Positions 55,032 to 63,458 of a stretch of DNA of 64,000 bases are shown here, piece by piece. Within the stretch, counting starts at the first letter, position 1. Every line of letters begins with the position of its first letter. The notes below the pieces were generated by a model. That model had not been told where the DNA came from and ran no database searches. It worked only from the letters and a program-made list of their open reading frames with translations. The stretch comes from an uncultured Flavobacteriales bacterium. Lineage in GTDB: Bacteria; Bacteroidota; Bacteroidia; Flavobacteriales; BACL11. Position numbers and translations under genes: made by a program. The DNA lies in contig CAJQJY010000012.1 of NCBI GenBank assembly GCA_905478765.1, positions 371 through 64,370 on the forward strand, in the 5' to 3' direction.

Positions 55032-57497
55032 ATGAAAATAATTTTCAATCGTATATTTAATATCCTTCTGATTTTGATTCTAATAATCGGAAGTGCAATA
55101 TTTGTAATTACAACTTATTTTGCTGATGATATAGAAAATGCTGTAATTGCTAAAATACAAGCTAACCTTACAACTCCATTAACTCTTGATGATGTAGCGT
55201 TTACAATCTATGATAATTTTCCATCTACATCAGTAAAATTCAATAACCTTCTGATATTGGAATCAGTTGATTTTGGAAATGACACACTGCTATACGCAAA
55301 AGAAGCCTATGTTAATATTAGTATAACAGAAGTGCTGAGTAATAATTTTGATATTTCTAAAATTATTATCTCGAACGGAAAGGTAAGTATTAAATATAAT
55401 GAAGAAAAAATCCCAAATTTTCTTATAGGCAAAGAGATATCAGATAGAAATGGAAATATAAATATTGAAGAAATTGTACTATTAAATACAGCTGTTCTTG
55501 TTGAGAATTTAAGTAGTAAATTAAATATGTATCTGCAAACTGAGAGAGCAATTATTGTGATTAATAATACAAAAATCGAGCTTCAAACAATTGCTTTTGC
55601 TAAAAACTTAACTATTGGAAAAATTAACTATTTATCAAAGAAAAAATTAGACATAAATGCAGAAATAAATATTAGAAAAGATACTATTGACATCCTAAAT
55701 TCGAATATACAAATTGAAAGTTCATTTGCAAATGGAAGCGGAAGGGTTCTTAGAAATAGGGATTTTAATTTAGCAATTAAGCTTCAAGACGAAAAAATTA
55801 ATAATGTTGTTAGTAATTTGCCTCAAAATATTAAAAAAATATGCGACCCTTTTGTTCTTGGTGGCAAGATAACTAGTGATATCAAAATTACAGGAATTAT
55901 AAGTAAAGATACTAATCCTTTATTTGAGATGGACTATACAATTACAGATGGATCTTACGAACTTAAAAGTATCCCATTTAAATTAAAGAATATCTCAATG
56001 AATGGTTCAGTTACAAATGGAAACCAACATAATTTTAAATCAACAAAAATTATTGCTTCAGATTTTAAATCAAACACAAATGAAGGATATATAAATGGAA
56101 ATTTTACTTTACAAAACTTAAATAATTACTATTTTAAATCAAACTTTAAATCTTCATGGGATTTGAAAGAAGTTAATACTTATTTTGAAAATTCTCCTTT
56201 TACTAATTTACAAGGGGCAATTGTTGCAACAACAAATTATAATGGCGAAATATCATTTAACACTCAATTTAAAAACAAATTTTTAAATGCAACACATACT
56301 TCTGATGTAAAGTTTGAAAATATTAGTTTTATGTATAAAAAATTTCCACTTCCTTTTACCCTTGATTTTGGTGATTGTCAATTAAAAAACAACAAAATAC
56401 TTTTTAAAAATAGCTCATCTACTATTTCAGAAAGTGATCTAAATTTTGCAGGAGAAATAACTGATTTGATTGGTTATATTCTTAATAAGAAAGATAAAAT
56501 TGCAATTAGTGGAGGTTTAAAATCAACATATACTAATCTCAAACAACTAATGACTCTTGGTGATATTTCAGAAGATCAAAGTAGTACCACTTTCCCAAAT
56601 TGGATAAAAGCAAATATCAATACTGAAATAGCAAATTTATCCTATGATAACTTTACAGCAACTAATCTTAGCGGAAATATTCAATATAATAATGGAACGC
56701 TAAAAGGATTTAATATGAGTGGCAATTCTTTGGATGGTAATATCTCAGGATATTTTATTTTTACGGAACCAAAAAACAAACATCTTATGCTATTAGGAGA
56801 TATTAATTTTACTAAAATTAATATCCGTAATTCATTTCATGCCTTTAATAATTATGGTCAAGCTTTCATAAATGAAAATGAAATTAAAGGACTTGGAACT
56901 GCTGAAATAAATGTGGAAGCTCATTGGAAACCTGGCTTTACTCTAGATAAAGAAAAACTAAAATTGAAATTACATTTAATAATTGAAAAAGGTGAGTTAA
57001 TTGACTTCAAAACATTAGAAAATTTATCATCTTATGTAAGTATTGAAGAATTGAAACATGTAAAATTCTCAACTTTAGAAAATAATATTGAAGTTGAAAA
57101 TAAAATTATTACTATCCCAAATATGGAGATAAAATCTTCAGCATTATCTGTATTCCTATCAGGTTCACATACTTTTAATCAAGATATAAATTATGATGTA
57201 AAATTATTATTATCTGAACTTCTTTCAACTTCTTTCAGGAAGAAAAATACTGAATTTGGAGAAGAAGAACAAGATGGAAAAATCTTTAATACCTTATATT
57301 TAAAGATGATAGGAAATACTGAAGATCCTAAAATAACTTTGGACAAAATACGTTTTATGGAAGATGTTAGTGAAGGGATAAAGTTAGAGAAGAAGAATAT
57401 CCGTAATATTATTAAAGAAGATATCTTGCAGACAAAAGATAAAGGAGTTGAAGAAACTGGACAAGAAGTAGAAATTGAATGGAATCCTGAAAATTAA
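55032..57497 (+). CDS. large membrane-anchored, Asn-rich protein, possibly AsmA-family
   Basis: 821 aa with a single N-terminal TM helix and long beta-rich repetitive body. The family call rests only on architecture and size. Confidence 0.45.
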   Translation: MKIIFNRIFNILLILILIIGSAIFVITTYFADDIENAVIAKIQANLTTPLTLDDVAFTIYDNFPSTSVKFNNLLILESVDFGNDTLLYAKEAYVNISITEVLSNNFDISKIIISNGKVSIKYNEEKIPNFLIGKEISDRNGNINIEEIVLLNTAVLVENLSSKLNMYLQTERAIIVINNTKIELQTIAFAKNLTIGKINYLSKKKLDINAEINIRKDTIDILNSNIQIESSFANGSGRVLRNRDFNLAIKLQDEKINNVVSNLPQNIKKICDPFVLGGKITSDIKITGIISKDTNPLFEMDYTITDGSYELKSIPFKLKNISMNGSVTNGNQHNFKSTKIIASDFKSNTNEGYINGNFTLQNLNNYYFKSNFKSSWDLKEVNTYFENSPFTNLQGAIVATTNYNGEISFNTQFKNKFLNATHTSDVKFENISFMYKKFPLPFTLDFGDCQLKNNKILFKNSSSTISESDLNFAGEITDLIGYILNKKDKIAISGGLKSTYTNLKQLMTLGDISEDQSSTTFPNWIKANINTEIANLSYDNFTATNLSGNIQYNNGTLKGFNMSGNSLDGNISGYFIFTEPKNKHLMLLGDINFTKINIRNSFHAFNNYGQAFINENEIKGLGTAEINVEAHWKPGFTLDKEKLKLKLHLIIEKGELIDFKTLENLSSYVSIEELKHVKFSTLENNIEVENKIITIPNMEIKSSALSVFLSGSHTFNQDINYDVKLLLSELLSTSFRKKNTEFGEEEQDGKIFNTLYLKMIGNTEDPKITLDKIRFMEDVSEGIKLEKKNIRNIIKEDILQTKDKGVEETGQEVEIEWNPEN

Positions 57498-57500
57498 AAT

Positions 57501-58694
57501 ATGGATAGTTACTCAAGAAAACAAAAATGGAAATTTACCTTAATAGGCTTTGCTCTTATTATTGGAATTTCTTCTCTTTTTGTAACTAACACACTGGTTA
57601 AAGAACTTAAAACTGAGGAAAGAAAAAAGATTGAACTTTGGGCTCAAGCGACAAAACATCTTGTTAGCTTAACAGGGGAAGGTGATTATTCGTTAGCAAT
57701 TAAAGTAATATCTGAAAACAATAATGTTCCAGTAATTTTAGTAGATGCTTGTGATAGTATTTTAGAAAATAGGAATTTCCAAAATTTTACAAAAACTGAT
57801 AGTTTTTTCATCAATTTAGGAATTATTACTCCGCAAATAATTGATAATAAATTTTTAAGATCTGAGCTTAAAAAGATAAAAGAGAGTGGAGACAAACCCA
57901 TTGAAATTAATATTATTGGAGACAAACAATGGATATATTATAAAGATTCTGCTCTACTATACAGATTAAGATATTATCCTTTTTATCAGCTAGGGTTTAT
58001 TGGGCTTTTTATGTTTATTGCCTATTTTATGTTTAGTGCAAGTAGAAGATCAGAGCAAAATAAAGTTTGGGCAGGAATGGCCAAAGAAACAGCTCATCAA
58101 ATTGGGACTCCATTATCATCACTTATGGCATGGATTGAGCTGTTAAAAGATAAGGAAGGAACTGACCAAATGGTTACAGAGATGGAGAAAGATATTAAAA
58201 GACTCGAAACAATTACAGAGAGATTCTCTAAAATTGGTTCAAAATCTGAACTCCAGAAAAAGGATATAGTATGCCTAGTTTCTCAATCAATTGAGTACCT
58301 AAAAGCAAGAATGCCAGTAAATACTGAGTTTGACATTCAAGTGCCAAGAAAGGAAATCATAATTCCATTAAATAGTGTGTTGTTTGAGTGGGTTATCGAA
58401 AATCTTGTAACAAATGCTGTTGATGCTATGAAGGGTAAGGGGAAAATTTCTGTTAGTATTTCTGAGGAAGAAAATAAAATTGTAGTTAATATATCAGATA
58501 CTGGAGATGGGATTGATCGTTCAATTATAAGAAATATTTTTAAGCCAGGTGTTACTTCTAAAAAAAGAGGTTGGGGGCTTGGTTTATCATTATCAAAAAG
58601 AATAATTGAGGAGTATCATAAAGGGAGTATTTTTGTTATGAAATCAGACAAAAGAAAAGGAACAACTTTCACTATCTGGCTTCCAAAAACCTAA
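57501..58694 (+). CDS. sensor histidine kinase (orphan; no response regulator adjacent)
   Basis: Two TM helices around a periplasmic domain. H-box ETAHQIGTPLSSL, N-box ENLVTNAVDA, G1 DTGDGI, G2 GWGLGL. Confidence 0.88.
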   Translation: MDSYSRKQKWKFTLIGFALIIGISSLFVTNTLVKELKTEERKKIELWAQATKHLVSLTGEGDYSLAIKVISENNNVPVILVDACDSILENRNFQNFTKTDSFFINLGIITPQIIDNKFLRSELKKIKESGDKPIEINIIGDKQWIYYKDSALLYRLRYYPFYQLGFIGLFMFIAYFMFSASRRSEQNKVWAGMAKETAHQIGTPLSSLMAWIELLKDKEGTDQMVTEMEKDIKRLETITERFSKIGSKSELQKKDIVCLVSQSIEYLKARMPVNTEFDIQVPRKEIIIPLNSVLFEWVIENLVTNAVDAMKGKGKISVSISEEENKIVVNISDTGDGIDRSIIRNIFKPGVTSKKRGWGLGLSLSKRIIEEYHKGSIFVMKSDKRKGTTFTIWLPKT

Positions 58695-59533
58695 ATTCCG
58701 CAACTTCCTAAGCTGTTTTTGTTCAGATAATTCTGATGATATTCTTCTGCTCTATAAAATTTTTCAGCTGAAATAATTTGAGTTACAATTGGATTCTTCC
58801 AATTCTTAGATTGTTGATTTAATGAACTTTCAACTATCTTCATTTGCTCTTCTGAGTGAAAAAACACTACAGATCTATATTGAGTCCCAACATCAAGTCC
58901 TTGTCTATTTTTAGTAGTCGGATTATGGTTATTCCAAAAAATTTCAAGCAAATCTAAATAACTAATTATATCAGGATTGAAATGTATAAAAACTACCTCG
59001 GCATGGTTTGATTGCCCCTTACAAACCTCCTCATAAGTGGGGTTATCAGTATTTCCACCCATATATCCAACTGATGATAAATAAACTCCTACAGTTGCTT
59101 TAAATATTTTTTCTACTTGCCAAAAACACCCTGCTCCAAAAGTTGCTTTCTCTAATTTAGTATATGCTTTAAATTGTAAACTTAAAGAATTTACGCAATG
59201 CCTTGTATCCTTTTCAGTAATCTGCTCCCCAGTAAAAACATGCCCAAGATGACCATCACATTTTGCGCAACAAATTTCAGTTCTAACTCTACCCCCACTT
59301 AAATCTTCATATCTTACAATTGTATTTTTAATTTCATCATCAAATGATGGCCAACCGCAGCCTGAATTAAACTTAGTACTGGACTCGTAAAGTGGGGTTT
59401 TGCACGCTCTGCAAATAAAAATACCAGCTTCAAAAAAATCATTATACTCACCTGAGAATGGTGCTTCAGTTCCTTTGTTTTTTAGAATTTCTAATTCATC
59501 TGAAGTTAAACCTTTTAAGAATTCGTTTTTCAT
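58691..59533 (-). CDS. msrAB: bifunctional methionine sulfoxide reductase B/A
   Basis: The N-terminal MsrB half has CRAC..CAKC zinc ligands and RHCVNS. The C-terminal MsrA half has GAGCFWQVE. Confidence 0.9.
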   Translation of the reverse strand: MKNEFLKGLTSDELEILKNKGTEAPFSGEYNDFFEAGIFICRACKTPLYESSTKFNSGCGWPSFDDEIKNTIVRYEDLSGGRVRTEICCAKCDGHLGHVFTGEQITEKDTRHCVNSLSLQFKAYTKLEKATFGAGCFWQVEKIFKATVGVYLSSVGYMGGNTDNPTYEEVCKGQSNHAEVVFIHFNPDIISYLDLLEIFWNNHNPTTKNRQGLDVGTQYRSVVFFHSEEQMKIVESSLNQQSKNWKNPIVTQIISAEKFYRAEEYHQNYLNKNSLGSCGI

Positions 59534-59555
59534 AATTTCTAAATATCTACAAAAA

Positions 59556-59583
59556 TAAAAAAAGCGTCCAATTGGACGCTTTT
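59556..59583 (-). terminator. rho-independent terminator closing the 59606-64000 operon
   Basis: Minus-strand RNA reads AAAGCGUCCAAUUGGACGCUUU (perfect palindrome) followed by a U-run. It lies 23 nt after the stop of the HmuY-like gene. Confidence 0.8.
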
Positions 59584-59605
59584 AGAATAAAAAAACATAT
59601 ATTAA

Positions 59606-60247
59606 TTAAAACATTGCATTGCCATTTTCATCAATCAGTAAATCTGATTGATATACATAATTAAATGTATAAAAACCACCATAATCTCCTTCAAAAGGTT
59701 GTGGTGTAGGACTATCATAAAAATAAAGAATCTCCATTTTTGCATATTTATTATCATGTGTCCTAAAAACTAACACCTTTCCTGCAGTAGGAGATAATAT
59801 ATGTGTAGACATATCATATGAGGCCCAACCCAGTTCAGAGATTCCTAGATCATCAATAATAGCAGGTCCTGATGCATTATCCTGTTCTAATTTATTTATA
59901 TCAACTATTTTAATATTTGACATAATACCTGTAGCAATATAAACTGCCGCATTTCCTGTTCTTTCTGGCTGGTTAACGCTATATCTGTCTCCTCCATTAA
60001 CAATGATTGTAGTTCCGCTAAATGCTACATCCCAATTATCATGAATTACTGTATCTCCTTCTAAAAAACTAAACTTCTCAAACTTACCAGTCACTAAAGA
60101 GTCAAGAATATTAACATCATACTGGCTTGCATTTAACTCAACAAAAGTAATTACATCTTCATCTATAATAATATCATTATTACTGGTTTTCTCACAAGAA
60201 GTGAAAAATAACATAAGTACAGATAATATAAGGTTTAATTTTTGCAT
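59606..60247 (-). CDS. HmuY-like lipoprotein
   Basis: Lipobox FFTSC. The pattern ASQYD..FSFLEGDTV..NWDVAFSGTTIIVNGG..KVLVFRTHDNKYAKMEILYFY..GFYTFNYVY parallels P. gingivalis HmuY as I recall it (ASKYETWQYFSFSKGEVV..NWDMALHRYDVRLNCG..RVFFVRGADGNIAKVQFTDY..ITFTYTY). Confidence 0.6.
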   Translation of the reverse strand: MQKLNLILSVLMLFFTSCEKTSNNDIIIDEDVITFVELNASQYDVNILDSLVTGKFEKFSFLEGDTVIHDNWDVAFSGTTIIVNGGDRYSVNQPERTGNAAVYIATGIMSNIKIVDINKLEQDNASGPAIIDDLGISELGWASYDMSTHILSPTAGKVLVFRTHDNKYAKMEILYFYDSPTPQPFEGDYGGFYTFNYVYQSDLLIDENGNAMF

Positions 60248-60253
60248 CTTGTT

Positions 60254-60787
60254 TTACTTACAACCAGAATTCCAATATGGATTACCATCATCTTCTGGTA
60301 ATATAATTACTTGTCCTGGTGTTAAAGTTGCACTAGCACCAGTTGTATCTCCTCCTAAAATTACAATCTCAGATGGATCATGTGTTACCATATTGTAAAT
60401 GTAAGCCCCTTGACAATCTCCACAAGAATCAACAACTGCTACGCCATTCTGAACACCCATACAGTCGTATACTATAGCCTGTGTGCAACCAGCATTCCAA
60501 TAAGGATTGCCTGGATCTTCTGGTAATATAATTACTTGTCCTGGTGTTAAAGTTGCACTAGCACCAGTTGTATCTCCTCCTAAAATTACAATCTCAGATG
60601 GATCATGTGTTACCATATTGTAAATGTAAGCCCCTTGACAATCTCCACAAGAATCAACAACTGCTACGCCATTTTCAACTTCTGTACAATCTAAAACTGC
60701 TTCTGGTGTTACAGCATCTTTTTTACATGCAGAAAATATTAATGTTAATGCACAAATGGATACTAATAATTTTGTTTTTGTTTTCAT
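60254..60787 (-). CDS. Cys-rich lipoprotein built from two 75-aa tandem repeats
   Basis: Lipobox IFSAC. Repeat unit DC..V.NGVAVVDSCGDCQGAYIYNMVTHDPSEIVILGGDTTGASATLTPGQVIILPED.GNPYWN.GC occurs twice, with four Cys per unit. Confidence 0.75.
   Translation of the reverse strand: MKTKTKLLVSICALTLIFSACKKDAVTPEAVLDCTEVENGVAVVDSCGDCQGAYIYNMVTHDPSEIVILGGDTTGASATLTPGQVIILPEDPGNPYWNAGCTQAIVYDCMGVQNGVAVVDSCGDCQGAYIYNMVTHDPSEIVILGGDTTGASATLTPGQVIILPEDDGNPYWNSGCK
60291..60448 (-). repeat. 158-bp perfect direct repeat, copy A (inside the lipoprotein gene)
   Basis: Base-for-base identical to 60516-60673 at an offset of 225 bp (75 codons). The flanks of the 225-bp unit are clearly diverged. Confidence 0.9.
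60516..60673 (-). repeat. 158-bp perfect direct repeat, copy B
   Basis: Identical to 60291-60448. Confidence 0.9.
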
Positions 60788-60838
60788 TTTTGTTTTTGTT
60801 TTTGTTATTGTTATTGTTATTGTTTTTGTTAATTGTGT
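60788..60838 (-). repeat. hexanucleotide-periodic CA-rich intercistronic spacer, (CAAWAA)n on the coding strand
   Basis: The plus strand reads TTTTG TTTTTG TTTTTG TTATTG TTATTG TTATTG TTTTTG TTAATTG TGTTTA. This fills the whole gap between the TBDR stop (60839) and the lipoprotein ATG (60787). Confidence 0.85.
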
Positions 60839-62947
60839 TTATTTAAAATTTATTTTAAAACTCATATAATATAGCCTTCCTGTGATGTTGCTTATAAACT
60901 CAGGGTTAGTAAATCCAAAAATATTCTTAACTCCTATTTGACAACTTTTGAGCAAGCTTATTTGATGAGAAATACCTAAATCACATAAACTATAGCCATC
61001 TATAAATGTGTCATATATATCTAAAATACCATTCCCATTAGTATCAGAAATCGCATATTTACTTCTATATGTGACAATTGTATTCATCTCTGTTTTATCA
61101 TTAAAATGATAATTAAATTTAATATTCCCCATATGTCTGGATCGATTAAACAGTCCAAAATAGTCTTCTTTATTAAGCTTGATACTTGTAAGCGTTTCTG
61201 GATCTCTAGCATAATAATCACTATCACCATTTTTAATATCTTTAACTACTTCTGTATCAGATGCGTAAAGTAATTGGTAGCCAAATTTTATTTCCCAATT
61301 ATTAGCTTTTGTATAAGTTGAGTTGAATTCTAACCCTTTGGTCTCAACCTGATTTACATTAAAATAACTGTAAATATTTGCATTACTTTGATCTATAGCC
61401 ACTAACTTCCATTCAATTAAATCTTTAAGTTTATTATTAAACAAGTTTAATTCAAAAGATAAATTATTTAGTAGATTATATTTTACACCAAAATTAATAT
61501 TTAGTGAAGTTTCAGACTTTAATGGAGAATTTAATTCTGAAAATGGGACGATCTCTTCTATATTTTGCATAGCATTTAGTCTATCAATAGCAACATCTCT
61601 ACCAAGCACTATATAGCCAATAGTTGAGTTCGTAAAATCAAAATACTTTTGTCTAAAATCAGGAGTCTTAAAACCTGTACCCACTGAACCATTGAGCTGA
61701 ATCTTATTTGTTATAGGAATTCCTAAAGCTAATTTATTAGAAACAACTGGAGTGTAATTAGTGTAATTATCATATCTACTACCTAATATAATATTCAATT
61801 TATTAAAAGCAGTTGCATCCAATTGTCCATAAATAAACTTTAAATCTTGCTCTGGGTTACTAGAAAAATCTCTTCTAGATAACTCTTCTTTTGTTATACC
61901 AAAACCTATTATATTATTTACTCCTTTGTAATTAAAAGATGATTTCATCCCAAATTGCAATAATGTATGGTCAAAATAATTATCTTCATATAACGCTCCA
62001 TTCTCAGTATTTAGAAACTCATCAGCTCTATAATTAGTTTTATAAATCTCAAGTTTTTGAAAGAAGTTAGCATTAATCATGTATTTTGCAGTAGTACCAA
62101 GACTCCATTCCTTAATACTACTTTCTCCTTTTAATAAAGAACTTGAATCAGCAGCAATATTTATTTGTTCTTGCTTGTAATAATGCCCATTTGTATTAAG
62201 CAAAAGTTTATCAGATAATGCATATTTTAAATTAGAGCGGAAGGTGTAATTTGAATAAGGGTTAACAGTACTAAGTAGATCAGTATCTATTAAGTCATAA
62301 CCATCTGTTTTGTAATAATCAAAAGAATTAGAAATATGTAAAGCTCCTTCTTTGTATTTATAAACTAAACTAGAATTAGTTGAATTATAGGTGGCATGTT
62401 TTAATGAGGCACTGATGATAGGCCCTTCATCAATCTGCTTTTTACTGATAAGATTAATAACTCCACCTAAAGCATTAGAACCATATAGGCTTGAAGATGG
62501 TCCCTTGACAACTTCAATTCTCTCAATGTCTGCAACAGAAATTCTATTTAAATCTAAAGTTCCAAATGACCTTCCTATAATTGGAAAACCATCAATAAGG
62601 AAAGTAGTATATGAGGCATCTAAACCTTGCATTTGCAGCCCTTCAGTTCCTGTTTTTGTAGTGACACTTACAATACCTGTTTGTTGAGTAATTACATCAT
62701 ATAATTTATTTGCACTAAATTCTTGAACTTCTTTTTCAGATATTATTGTAATAGGAATAGGTAATTCATGTATCGTTTGATTTGTTTTTGTAGAAGAAAT
62801 AATTACTTCATTCAATTTATTCTCAGTCAGTATACTATCGCTTTGACTAAAAACAGTAAAAAAAGATAAAAGGGGGAATATGAACAGTGACTGTTTCAAG
62901 TCTAAATTTTTTGCAAAAATAACACTAATCCCCGAGCTACTTTCCAT
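60839..62947 (-). CDS. TonB-dependent receptor
   Basis: 702 aa. Signal peptide, plug (LNEVIISSTK..IERIEVVKGPSSSLYGSNALGGVINLI), 22-strand-type barrel, C-terminal aromatic residues (SFKINFK). Confidence 0.9.
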   Translation of the reverse strand: MESSSGISVIFAKNLDLKQSLFIFPLLSFFTVFSQSDSILTENKLNEVIISSTKTNQTIHELPIPITIISEKEVQEFSANKLYDVITQQTGIVSVTTKTGTEGLQMQGLDASYTTFLIDGFPIIGRSFGTLDLNRISVADIERIEVVKGPSSSLYGSNALGGVINLISKKQIDEGPIISASLKHATYNSTNSSLVYKYKEGALHISNSFDYYKTDGYDLIDTDLLSTVNPYSNYTFRSNLKYALSDKLLLNTNGHYYKQEQINIAADSSSLLKGESSIKEWSLGTTAKYMINANFFQKLEIYKTNYRADEFLNTENGALYEDNYFDHTLLQFGMKSSFNYKGVNNIIGFGITKEELSRRDFSSNPEQDLKFIYGQLDATAFNKLNIILGSRYDNYTNYTPVVSNKLALGIPITNKIQLNGSVGTGFKTPDFRQKYFDFTNSTIGYIVLGRDVAIDRLNAMQNIEEIVPFSELNSPLKSETSLNINFGVKYNLLNNLSFELNLFNNKLKDLIEWKLVAIDQSNANIYSYFNVNQVETKGLEFNSTYTKANNWEIKFGYQLLYASDTEVVKDIKNGDSDYYARDPETLTSIKLNKEDYFGLFNRSRHMGNIKFNYHFNDKTEMNTIVTYRSKYAISDTNGNGILDIYDTFIDGYSLCDLGISHQISLLKSCQIGVKNIFGFTNPEFISNITGRLYYMSFKINFK

Positions 62948-63447
62948 TATTTACTAGATTTTTTTAGCTTATTAGATATCTTAAGTAAGTTATGCTTTAA
63001 ACTATTCACAGAAATAGTTGCACCTGATATTCCGTCAATTTTCCTGCTATAACTTGAATAGTTCTCCGTATCAATCCCAACAAATTGTTTCAACCAATTT
63101 TTACTACAAATCTCACCACCATAATTTTCTCGATAATGTAAGACCTCAACTTTTAATATCTCTTCTTTATCATCAAATAATACATAATAATCAAACCTGT
63201 GAAATTTTGAAGGTGCATCAGTTACTGCTAAATAACCTATAATAGAGTCATCTTCTAAAATAGAATAAAAGGTATCATCAATAGGATCAAGATTACATGT
63301 TTCGCTATTAAAAATTTTGGCTATTGACTTATAAACAGTCGCCCTGCTATCTTTATCTAATTCCCAATAAGTGGCTTTAAAAGAGGAAAAAAGCAAGGCA
63401 ATAACTATTACAGTTATCGCCTTACTTATATGATTTTTAAAATTCAT
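62947..63447 (-). CDS. membrane-anchored FMN-binding domain protein with flavinylation motif
   Basis: 166 aa. N-terminal TM helix ITVIVIALLFSSF. C-terminal KIDGISGATISVNS matches the NqrC/RnfG-type D-x-x-S-G-A-T motif (Thr codon at 63016-63018). Its stop overlaps the TBDR start by 1 nt. Confidence 0.7.
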   Translation of the reverse strand: MNFKNHISKAITVIVIALLFSSFKATYWELDKDSRATVYKSIAKIFNSETCNLDPIDDTFYSILEDDSIIGYLAVTDAPSKFHRFDYYVLFDDKEEILKVEVLHYRENYGGEICSKNWLKQFVGIDTENYSSYSRKIDGISGATISVNSLKHNLLKISNKLKKSSK

Positions 63448-63458
63448 TAATTAAAAAA

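Noticed and set aside
60568-60846. 92-aa plus-strand ORF ending in LFLFSFLFLFLLLLLLFLLIVFI
   Set aside because: It is antisense to the Cys-rich lipoprotein gene. Its hydrophobic tail is just the translation of the TTNTTG hexamer spacer.
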